Below, in pieces: positions 42,260 to 49,888 of a stretch of DNA of 64,000 nt. The first letter of the stretch is position 1. Each line of letters opens with the position of its first letter. The notes beneath the pieces are model-generated. The model saw only the letters and a program-made list of their open reading frames with translations, made no database searches and had not been told where the DNA came from. Source of the stretch: a candidate division WOR-3 bacterium (GTDB lineage Bacteria; Hydrothermota; Tepidihabitantia; Tepidihabitantales; Tepidihabitantaceae); assembly GCA_965648905.1 (NCBI GenBank), contig CBFGIT010000001.1, positions 149,107 through 213,106 of the forward strand, written 5' to 3'. A program made the position numbers and the translations under genes.

Positions 42260-42819
42260 CTGGCCGCGCGGTTGCATCAGGCGTACCGTGCACGACCATT
42301 GGCGACCAAGCCCTGCTCAAGCCGCCGCTGCTCGCCCTGTTCTGCTCGGTCCGCTGTCCGGGCGAGCTGATACTCAGGCTGTTCGACCTGGCAAAGGAGT
42401 TGCGGGACAGAAAGGTCGGTGTTATCAGCGGGTTTCATGCGCCGATGGAAAAGGAGTGCCTCGACATCCTGCTGCGCGGCAAGGGGCTGGTTGTCTGGTG
42501 TCCGGCGCGGAGTATCGAGAAGCTGCGGCTGAAGTCGGACTACCGCAAGGCGGTCGAAGAGAAACGGCTGCTTATCCTGTCGCCGTTCCCGACCGGCCAG
42601 GGCCGGATTTCCGCAGCGCGGGCCCAAGTCCGCAACCGGTTTGTAGTGTCATTGGCCGAGCGTGTGTTTGTTGCCTATGCTGTGCCGGCCGGCAAGACCG
42701 AGGCACTTTGTCGTGAAGTCATCGCTTCAGGCAAGCCGCTTTTCACGTTCGACTCGCGCCATAACCAGAATCTGCTTTCACTTGGGGCGCGGGCCCTCGT
42801 TTCCAGCCAGGACCTCTAG
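42260..42819 (+). CDS. Short DprA/Smf-like (SLOG) protein, start uncertain or 5'-truncated
   Basis: LALFCS.RCPG, VISGFHAPMEKECL..LLRG, RNRFV..LA..VFVAYA..GKT. No convincing start codon downstream of the NYN stop. Confidence 0.65.
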
Positions 42820-42846
42820 CGAGTTTCGGCCAGGCGGACATCACAG

Positions 42847-43242
42847 TCACAACCCGAACACTTGTTCGCAGATTGCCTTGAGCACTTCCGGGTCGCAGCC
42901 GTGGCAGGTCCAGCGTTCGATAGCGTGGTGGACGAGATTCTCAAGCGCGGCGTGGTCGTAGTTCCGGACCTGTTTGTCAACGCACATGGTGAAGCCGGAG
43001 TAGGCGACCGAGAGCACCGGCGGCACGTTTAGTTCGCCGAGAACCTGCCTGAGCTGGAGCGTGCGCAGGGCTGCGTGCTCAGCCCAGGCGCGATAGTTTC
43101 TGGTCTGGGCTGCGATGCTGCCGTCGCTCCGTCTTGATACCGCGCCGCGTCTGAGCTTTGCCGCGTAGCGGCGGGCCGCACGCTCGGCCGCGCTGCCGGC
43201 CAGCAGTTGCCCTGGTCGCAATGCACCTTTGGTCTTCTGCAT
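42847..43242 (-). CDS. Second SIRV2-MCP-like paralog (131 aa)
   Basis: RAARRYAAKL..., LRQVLGELNV..V...AY.GF, IERW..HGCDPEVL.AI...VFGL parallels 33354..33728 (VKQVL..GV..Y.AF..KW..GL...VL..I..VF). Confidence 0.6.
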   Translation of the reverse strand: MQKTKGALRPGQLLAGSAAERAARRYAAKLRRGAVSRRSDGSIAAQTRNYRAWAEHAALRTLQLRQVLGELNVPPVLSVAYSGFTMCVDKQVRNYDHAALENLVHHAIERWTCHGCDPEVLKAICEQVFGL

Positions 43243-43253
43243 CTTGGCCTGGC

Positions 43254-43619
43254 CTATGCGCCGGCAGTGCGCGCCTTGAGCCGGCAGTGAATCTCGCGGA
43301 AGATGAACTGCATGGTGTTCGGTTCGAGTCCGAACGCACGCCATTTGCGCATCACCAGCTCGAGCTGGAACGCCAGTTCCCGGCCGGTGCGGGTGCGGAA
43401 CACGCGCGCCAGTTCGCGCACATACCAGAGGTACTGCATGACCGTAATCCGGGCCAGACCTGCGCCTTCAAGCAGCAGTTGGGTGAACCGGGCAAGGTCA
43501 GCCTCGACTAAGGCTGGGTCCTCGCCGAACACAGGATAGGGCTCTTCCGAGTTTCTGATTTCATCAAGCACCCGGACGGTTTCCCGGGTCAGCTTCAACG
43601 GTCTTGCATACGTTTCCAT
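43254..43619 (-). CDS. Third, more divergent SIRV2-MCP-like paralog (121 aa)
   Basis: RBS AAAGGA; LLEGAGL..ITVMQYLWYVRELARVFR..TG..L..ELVMRKW.AFGL....I matches the C-terminal helical bundle of 33354..33728. Confidence 0.55.
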   Translation of the reverse strand: METYARPLKLTRETVRVLDEIRNSEEPYPVFGEDPALVEADLARFTQLLLEGAGLARITVMQYLWYVRELARVFRTRTGRELAFQLELVMRKWRAFGLEPNTMQFIFREIHCRLKARTAGA

Positions 43620-43680
43620 CGTCGTTTCCTTTCTTGTTCCTGCATTGTGACATTCGGCTTTGGCAGGCTCTGCCTGCCGC

Positions 43681-43717
43681 CATTCTGTTATACGGTCTTG
43701 GCGGCCGGGCGTGCCGG
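43681..43717 (-). promoter_or_regulatory. Conserved bipartite upstream motif CCGGCA-N15-ACCGTATAACAGA (copy 2)
   Basis: + strand CATTCTGTTATACGGT-N15-TGCCGG, about 60 bp upstream of the ATG at 43619. Confidence 0.65.
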
Positions 43718-43832
43718 TTTTTATCTTGGCAGCAGCGGGTTTTGCTCGCGATAGCAGCGCACCGGAGGGCAAGTCCTGAACTGGCGATGAGTTGCTTTGT
43801 ACCTGGGTCAGGGAGGGGCCGTACCCCACATG

Positions 43833-44108
43833 GTATTGACCAGAGCAGTTGAGAGACTGTCTCTCGTGTCCTTGCGCCGGGCCGTTGCTCAGACGTCTGC
43901 TCGAATCCTGTCCTGGCTGATGGCCGATGCGATGTCTTGAGCGTCTGGCCGAGCGGTCTCACATGCGGCTGCTGTTTCAGTTGGCGGTGCAGTTGCGCCG
44001 GCCGGTTGCTAAGCAGTCAGCAGCGCAGTTTGGTGGGCGGCAGGTCGGGCAATTGGCTTGGTGCTGGTCGCCATCGTTCGCGCTGTCAAGACCCCAGTTG
44101 TTGCGGCC
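43833..44108. repeat. Degenerate 12-bp-period tandem array (about 23 units), copy 2
   Basis: From 43929: gcgatgtcttga, gcgtctggccga, gcggtctcacat, gcggctgctgtt, tcagttggcggt, gcagttgcgccg, gccggttgctaa, gcagtcagcagc, gcagtttggtgg, gcggcaggtcgg, gcaattggcttg. Pyrimidine at position 2 in 23/23 units. Confidence 0.85.
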
Positions 44109-44148
44109 CGGTTTCAGTTGAGCAGGAGGGCGCGGCTGAGTGTCGCGG

Positions 44149-44868
44149 TCAGTAGCTGACCGAGTCGAGTACGAGCCCGTGGGCCGGCGCGGTCTGAAAC
44201 GGCGTGTGGGCCCGGCCGGCAAGCGCGGACTTCAGGTCTTTGAGTGTGACCCGACCCAGGCCATAGGTCACCATTGCGCCGACAGTTCGGCGCACCAGCT
44301 TGTACAGGAACCGGTCGCCCTGAACCGTAATGGTCAGTTCGTCGCCTGATTCCAGAATGTCAATCTTGTGCAGCGTGCAGATGCCGGTCGGATCACTTGT
44401 GTGACAGAAGGCGTTGTAGTTCCGGGTACCGATGAAGAGCTGTGCTGCCCGGCGGACCCGGGCTACGTTGAGCGGAAACGAGACTTCCCAGGCCCGGGCC
44501 CGGCGCAGGGGCGAGACTCCGCCGACGATGTGGTAGACATAGGTCTTCTCCCGGGCACTGTGCCGGGCATGGAACGACTCGGGGACCAGGGCAACTTCTC
44601 GGACATGCATTTGCGGCGGCAGATAGTGGTTGATGGCCGGGCGCAGCCGTTTCGGTGTCAGGCGCAGCTCTTTGACGTGGAAGTTGGCAACATAGCCCCG
44701 GGCTGAAACGCCGGCATCGGTCCGGCCGCAGCCATAGACCGTGGTCTCGACCCCGAAGACCCGGCGCAGCGCCGCCTCGATTTCGCCCTGAACTGTCGGC
44801 CGGTTGGGCTGGAACTGCCAGCCGGCATAGCCGGTGCCGTCGAATTCGATTGTCAGCCGGACGTTCAC
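44149..44868 (-). CDS. truA: tRNA pseudouridine(38-40) synthase
   Basis: FDGT.YAGWQ.Q, GRTDAGVSA, FHAR.SA, FLYKLVR, TAPAHGL. Confidence 0.95.
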   Translation of the reverse strand: MNVRLTIEFDGTGYAGWQFQPNRPTVQGEIEAALRRVFGVETTVYGCGRTDAGVSARGYVANFHVKELRLTPKRLRPAINHYLPPQMHVREVALVPESFHARHSAREKTYVYHIVGGVSPLRRARAWEVSFPLNVARVRRAAQLFIGTRNYNAFCHTSDPTGICTLHKIDILESGDELTITVQGDRFLYKLVRRTVGAMVTYGLGRVTLKDLKSALAGRAHTPFQTAPAHGLVLDSVSY

Positions 44869-44887
44869 TCGGGCCCGGGCCGCCGGC

Positions 44888-45259
44888 CTAGCGCTGGTCT
44901 TTGTCCGACTTCAGACACTTGACGCAGAGCCGGGCATGAGGAACGATGTCGAGCCGGGCCGCCGGGATGTCCTCGCCGCAGCGCTCGCACTTGCCGTAGG
45001 TTCCGTCCTCAATCCGCTTGAGCGCTGCTTCGATTTCGCGCAGGGTCTTGCCCTCCAGCGACTTGAGCCGGGAGGCGAGTTCGCTCTGGTAGTGCTCAGT
45101 GCCCTGGTCCGCAACATGGGTGCGATGGCTGGAAAGGTCGCCGGTGACGTCCGGGCCGGACGCATCCATCACTTCGGAGGTGAAGTTCCCCTGTTTCAGG
45201 ATGCGCTGCTTCTCGGCCAGCAAGGCACGTTCGTACTTAACAAGTTCTCGCTTCCTCAT
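44888..45259 (-). CDS. TraR/DksA C4 zinc-finger protein
   Basis: H.AD, IEAAL.RIEDGTYG.CERCGEDI...RL...P.ARLCV.C. Confidence 0.9.
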   Translation of the reverse strand: MRKRELVKYERALLAEKQRILKQGNFTSEVMDASGPDVTGDLSSHRTHVADQGTEHYQSELASRLKSLEGKTLREIEAALKRIEDGTYGKCERCGEDIPAARLDIVPHARLCVKCLKSDKDQR

Positions 45260-48216
45260 TGGTTCCTCACTCTCTGCAGGGCGATTTCTGCCGGCTCGCG
45301 GTTGACCTTGACCGACCGGCAGATGTCGGACGCGGTGTCGCCGCCAGGCTGCTCGACCGCCAGGGCCAGCGTTTCCCGGGCAACGTAGTCGGCATGGGCG
45401 TTGACCGCCTGCACCAGACGCGGGGTGGCCCGGTAATAGAGTCGAATCCGGTCCGCGACCTCAAACCGCGCCTCCTTGCGCAGGTTCTGAACAATATGGA
45501 CAAACTCCCTGGCCAGGCCTTCGTCTTCCAGTGCCGGGGTCAGGTGCGCATCGATTGCGACCGCCAGTCCGGGCGCGTCAACCGCAACATGGTTGTCGGG
45601 CAGACTTGAGCCCAGTTCGCCGAACCGCAGCTCGCGTACGTTCAGCTCTTCGCGCACCGACTCGGCATGGCGCCTGATTCCGGATTCCTGAGCCTGGTCC
45701 GCCAGTTGAATGACCGCTGCTGCCAGGGGTTGACGCACTTTGAGCTTCGCCTTCTCGCGCGCGGCCCGGCCGAGCGACACCACCTGACGACAGAGCGCGA
45801 CTTCAGCCTCGAGCGCCGAATCAACGAGCGCGGCGTCGGCCACCGGCCAGGAGGTGAGATGGACCGACTCGGGCGCATCCGGGTCGGCTGAGCGCACGAG
45901 GTTCTGGTACATCTCCTCGGTCAGGAAAGGCATCACCGGCGCCAGCAGTTGGGTGAGCGTCACAAGACAGGTGTAGAGGGTCTGGTACGCCGCGGCCTTG
46001 TCCTGGTCAGAAGCCGACTTCCAGAACCGACGCCGGCTCCGGCGCACATACCAGACCGAAAGGTCGTCGATGAACTCCTCCGCGGCCTGGGGCACTGCCG
46101 CCGGGTCAAAGTCGTCAAGCCGCTCGGTGACGTGCCGGGTGAGCGAATTGAGCCGGGAAAGAATCCAGCGGTCGAGCAGCGAGCCGGCCGCGGTCGGTTG
46201 CACGCGGGCCGCGGGGTTGAATCCGTCGAGGTTGGCATAGGTGACAAAGAAGCTGTAGACGTTCCACAGAGTCAGGAGCTTCCGTTCGACCTCGCGCGCC
46301 CCGGTATAGCCGAAGAGCAGGTTCTGGCTCGGGGTCTGGCGGACGAACATCCAGCGCATCACGTCCGCGCCCATCCGGTCAACCGCCTCATCGACGGCAA
46401 TCGCATTGCCCCAGGACTTGTGCATCTCCCGGCCGTCCTCGGCCTTCATCGTTGCATAGCCAAGCACGGTCCTGATTGGCGCGCACCGCTCCAGCACCGT
46501 GCTCATCGCCAGGATGGCGTAGAACCAGTTCCGGAACTGGCCCGGGAAAGACTCGGTGATGAAGTCGAACGGAAACCACTGCTGCCAGTATGCGCGGTCG
46601 GTCAGGTAGCCGGTGGTCGAAAAGGGTACGATTCCGGCATCAAGCCACGGGTTGCCCACGTCCCGGATTCGGCTGACCGGTTCGCCGCACTTCTCGCACC
46701 TGATTTTCACCTCGTCGACCCAGGGCCGGTGCGGGGTATGGCCTTCGAACCGGTCCCAGCCCGCAACCGCACGGGCCTTCAGTTCTTCGCGTGAGCCGAC
46801 CACGTCGAACCAGCCGCAACTGCACCGGTAGATGGGTAGCGCCAGGCCCCAGTACCGTTTCTTTGAGATGCACCAGTCGGCCATGTTGCGCAGCCAGTCG
46901 AGCTCGCGCTCCAGGCCGAACTCCGGAATCCAGCGCACCTGGCGCGCCGACTCCATAATCTCTTGGCGCAGTGGGCCCATGGCGATGAACCACTCGTCGA
47001 CCAGCCGGAATACCAGCTCCTCGCCGCATCGCCAGCAGACCGGATACCGGTGGGTGTAATCCTCGACCCGGAAGAGCATCCCTTTCTGCTCGAGGTTCTG
47101 GAAAATATCCCGGGCCACTTCCTGTGAGTCCCGGCCGCTGAGCCAGTCGAACTCGGGCCGGAACGTTCCGTCCTCATTGAGCGGCGCAATGACCGCGAGG
47201 CCGTGTTCCTTGCCGAGCAGGAAGTCTTCCTTGCCGCAGCCGGGCGCGATGTGAACGATGCCCGTGCCTTCGCCAGCACTCACCTCGTCCCAGGGCACGA
47301 CCCGGTGCTCGACTCCGCGCTGGGGCTCAAGTTCGTCGAACGGGCCCTGATAGCGCCGGCCGACCAGTTCGGTTCCCGGCAGCCGCTCCAGCACCTCAGC
47401 ACTGCCCAGCACCCGCAGCAGCGGCTCGGCCAGAATGTAGACCGCACCATCCTTGCGGGCCCGGACATAGGTCAGCTCCGGGTGAACCGCAGCCGCGACG
47501 TTGGCGGTCAGGGTCCACGGTGTCGTGGTCCAGACCAAGAGATACTCAGGGCTTGGCGCAGACGCGAGCGGGAACCTGAGGAACACCGCCTTGTGGGTCA
47601 GCTCGCGGTAACCCTCGGTCGCGATTTCCATGTCCGAGACCGCGGTTCCGCACCTCCCGCACCACGGCATCACGTCCGTGCCTTCGTAAATCAGCCCGCG
47701 CTCGTGACACCGCTTCAGGAAGTGCCAGATGCAGTAGTTGTTCTCCTCAGACATCGTATAGTACGAATTGTCCCAGTCCATCCACTGGCCCAGCCGCACC
47801 GACTGGCTGGTCTGGACCTGGGCGAACCTCAGCACCCGCTGCCGACACCGCTCGACAAACGTGTCGATGCCCAGCGCTTCGATGTCTTTCTTCGACTTGA
47901 ACCCGAGTTCCTTCTCGACCTCGACCTCGACCCAGAGCCCCTGGCAGTCGAACCCGTTCTGGAAACGCTGGTCCTGACCGAGCATCGCGTGGTAGCGCTG
48001 GAACAGGTCTTTGTAGGTCCGGCCCCAGGCGTGATGCACGCCCATCGGGCCGTTAGCGGTAATCGGCCCGTCCAGGAACCTGAACTTGGGCCGGTCCGGA
48101 CCGGTCCGGTTCCGCTCCATCAACTGCCGGAACACTCCTCGTTCCTGCCAGAACCCAAGCACGCGCAGCTCGATTTCCCGATGATTCGGCTGGCGCGAAA
48201 CTGGTTGAAACATCAC
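45256..48216 (-). CDS. ileS: Isoleucine--tRNA ligase (IleRS2-like)
   Basis: DGPITANG..GVHHAWGR, WTTTPWTL, GTGIVHIAP, DWCIS..RYWG, MHKSWGN; C-terminus EGLAREFV..VQ..RK without a Zn finger. Confidence 0.93.
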   Translation of the reverse strand: MMFQPVSRQPNHREIELRVLGFWQERGVFRQLMERNRTGPDRPKFRFLDGPITANGPMGVHHAWGRTYKDLFQRYHAMLGQDQRFQNGFDCQGLWVEVEVEKELGFKSKKDIEALGIDTFVERCRQRVLRFAQVQTSQSVRLGQWMDWDNSYYTMSEENNYCIWHFLKRCHERGLIYEGTDVMPWCGRCGTAVSDMEIATEGYRELTHKAVFLRFPLASAPSPEYLLVWTTTPWTLTANVAAAVHPELTYVRARKDGAVYILAEPLLRVLGSAEVLERLPGTELVGRRYQGPFDELEPQRGVEHRVVPWDEVSAGEGTGIVHIAPGCGKEDFLLGKEHGLAVIAPLNEDGTFRPEFDWLSGRDSQEVARDIFQNLEQKGMLFRVEDYTHRYPVCWRCGEELVFRLVDEWFIAMGPLRQEIMESARQVRWIPEFGLERELDWLRNMADWCISKKRYWGLALPIYRCSCGWFDVVGSREELKARAVAGWDRFEGHTPHRPWVDEVKIRCEKCGEPVSRIRDVGNPWLDAGIVPFSTTGYLTDRAYWQQWFPFDFITESFPGQFRNWFYAILAMSTVLERCAPIRTVLGYATMKAEDGREMHKSWGNAIAVDEAVDRMGADVMRWMFVRQTPSQNLLFGYTGAREVERKLLTLWNVYSFFVTYANLDGFNPAARVQPTAAGSLLDRWILSRLNSLTRHVTERLDDFDPAAVPQAAEEFIDDLSVWYVRRSRRRFWKSASDQDKAAAYQTLYTCLVTLTQLLAPVMPFLTEEMYQNLVRSADPDAPESVHLTSWPVADAALVDSALEAEVALCRQVVSLGRAAREKAKLKVRQPLAAAVIQLADQAQESGIRRHAESVREELNVRELRFGELGSSLPDNHVAVDAPGLAVAIDAHLTPALEDEGLAREFVHIVQNLRKEARFEVADRIRLYYRATPRLVQAVNAHADYVARETLALAVEQPGGDTASDICRSVKVNREPAEIALQRVRNQ

Positions 48217-48255
48217 CGTTCGCTGTCCGCCACTTGCCTTCTGCGCTTGCCCCTG

Positions 48256-49731
48256 CTACCTTGCCCGGCCGCTGTTCGCACCGTCGCGCTGGAACTGAGG
48301 CCAGACCGACTGGGCCGGCCCCGTGAGTCCGACCACGCACCAGCCACGCGTGCCGTCGCCCACGTAAATCAGCCCGCTGTCGCCGATCTTGGGTGCCGAA
48401 ATCACCTCGTCCGACATCCCCTCGCCGAGCGCGCAGGCCCAGCGTCGCGTGCCGTCCGGGTTGACCGCGTAGAGCGTGTCCGTGCCCCCCTGGAACGCGG
48501 CCTTGCGGCCGGGCATGACCAGAAAGTAGATGTAGCCGTCAGCCGAGACCGCGGGTGTCGAGGCGGTGCCGAACAGCGGCGGTGGAAATGCCCACTTCTG
48601 GTCCTGGGTCTCGGGGCTGAGCGCCCTGAGCCGGCCCCCGCCGCAGATGTAGACTGTTCCGTCCGCACCGATGACCGGCGAAGAAGCATCCTCGCCGACC
48701 GAGTACTGCCAGCTCGGCGTGCCGTCGAAGTTCAACGCCACAAACGAACCGTTATCGTCCGCAACGTAGAGCACGCTCCGGCCCGGGTCAAGCGCGGGCG
48801 AAGCCTTAATTGCATTGCTGCTCAGCCGGTAGGGCTGGCTCCATTTCAGTGTCCCGTTGGTCGGGTCGAGCGCGAACACCTCGCCTTCGTTGCTCCCTAC
48901 ATAGACCGTGCCGTCGGTGCCGATGACCGGCGACGAATAGCCGCCGCCGGTCGGATAGGTCCAGCGCGGTACGCCGTCCTGGCCCAGCGCCACCAGCATC
49001 GAGTCTTCGGTTTGGAAATAGACCGTGCCGTCCGCACCCAGGGCCGCGGCCGCGTACACTGCGCCGCCGACGTACCGGCTCCATTTGCACGTGCCGTTGA
49101 ACCGCACCGCATAGACCGAGTCGTTGGTACAGCCGATGAATATCAGACTGTCGCCGACCACGGGCGCGGCAAAGAACTCGTCGTCTTCCTTGGTCCGGAA
49201 TTTCCACGTGCCGCCGCCCGCCTTGCGGCCGACCAGGGCCCCGTAGTCCACGCAGCCGACATAGGTCGCGCCGTCCGAGCCGATGCCAAAGGTATTGTTG
49301 CTGAAGTCGGCCGAGTCCTCGCCCTCTTCCGGGTCAATGTGGGTGACCCACCAGAGTACCTGGCCCTCACCGACACTGACGTTGACCGTCAGCTCTGCTG
49401 ACCAGTCGGACCGGCGCTTGCTGTTCCTGGCCCGGGCCTTGATTCGATAGGTACCCCGGGCCGAATAGGTATGCGTGTCGGTGAACATGATTCCGCCCTC
49501 GATGAACTCAGACCATTCCGACTGCGTGTTGTCGCCCCAGTCGAACTGGTAGGAAACCTTGGCGTCGGAAGGGTCGGTGGTCTTGGTTGAACAGGAGATC
49601 GGGACTCCCTTTAGCCAACTGCTCGGGCCGGTCGGCTTGTCCGGGACCAGCGGCGGCTTGCCGCAGGCACTCATCAACATTGCCACTGCCAGGCCGACGC
49701 CCAACAGCAGGACGAGTCGGGCTGAACGCAT
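48256..49731 (-). CDS. Lipoprotein with PKD-like domain and PQQ-type beta-propeller
   Basis: Lipobox LMSAC; Y.FDWGD; repeated SSPVIG.DGTVY..LYAL..DGT..W units; C-terminus WPQFQRD..NSG. Confidence 0.85.
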   Translation of the reverse strand: MRSARLVLLLGVGLAVAMLMSACGKPPLVPDKPTGPSSWLKGVPISCSTKTTDPSDAKVSYQFDWGDNTQSEWSEFIEGGIMFTDTHTYSARGTYRIKARARNSKRRSDWSAELTVNVSVGEGQVLWWVTHIDPEEGEDSADFSNNTFGIGSDGATYVGCVDYGALVGRKAGGGTWKFRTKEDDEFFAAPVVGDSLIFIGCTNDSVYAVRFNGTCKWSRYVGGAVYAAAALGADGTVYFQTEDSMLVALGQDGVPRWTYPTGGGYSSPVIGTDGTVYVGSNEGEVFALDPTNGTLKWSQPYRLSSNAIKASPALDPGRSVLYVADDNGSFVALNFDGTPSWQYSVGEDASSPVIGADGTVYICGGGRLRALSPETQDQKWAFPPPLFGTASTPAVSADGYIYFLVMPGRKAAFQGGTDTLYAVNPDGTRRWACALGEGMSDEVISAPKIGDSGLIYVGDGTRGWCVVGLTGPAQSVWPQFQRDGANSGRAR

Positions 49732-49888
49732 AGAACCTCCGTTCATTGGTATGCTATCCTGGTCATCAGACGAATATAGAAGATAGTCCGGAAAACGTTC
49801 AAGTCAAGCCGGCATCAATTCGCCTAGTTTCGGCCGGTTGTCAATAGCGGGCAGGACTTGACAGAGCCGGCCTGCGGGCGTAGCCTAT

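Noticed and set aside
43833..44108. CRISPR array interpretation of the periodic regions (also 448-711)
   Set aside because: The period is only 12 bp, units are degenerate, there is no 25-40 bp repeat/spacer structure and no cas genes are present.
43927..44121. 64-aa ORF with 4-residue periodicity as the cause of the array
   Set aside because: It has no RBS, covers only part of the array, and the equivalent frame has stops at 43918 and at 557 in the other array. It is not formally excluded.
33300..44140. Intact prophage or provirus
   Set aside because: No integrase, terminase, Rep, polymerase or att repeats were found. Only capsid-like genes and defence-type cargo are present.
47203..49401. 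732-aa + strand ORF and other long antisense ORFs (3887..5371, 40019..41083, 62734..63738)
   Set aside because: These are shadow or alternative frames of well-supported genes in GC-rich DNA and show no recognisable motifs.
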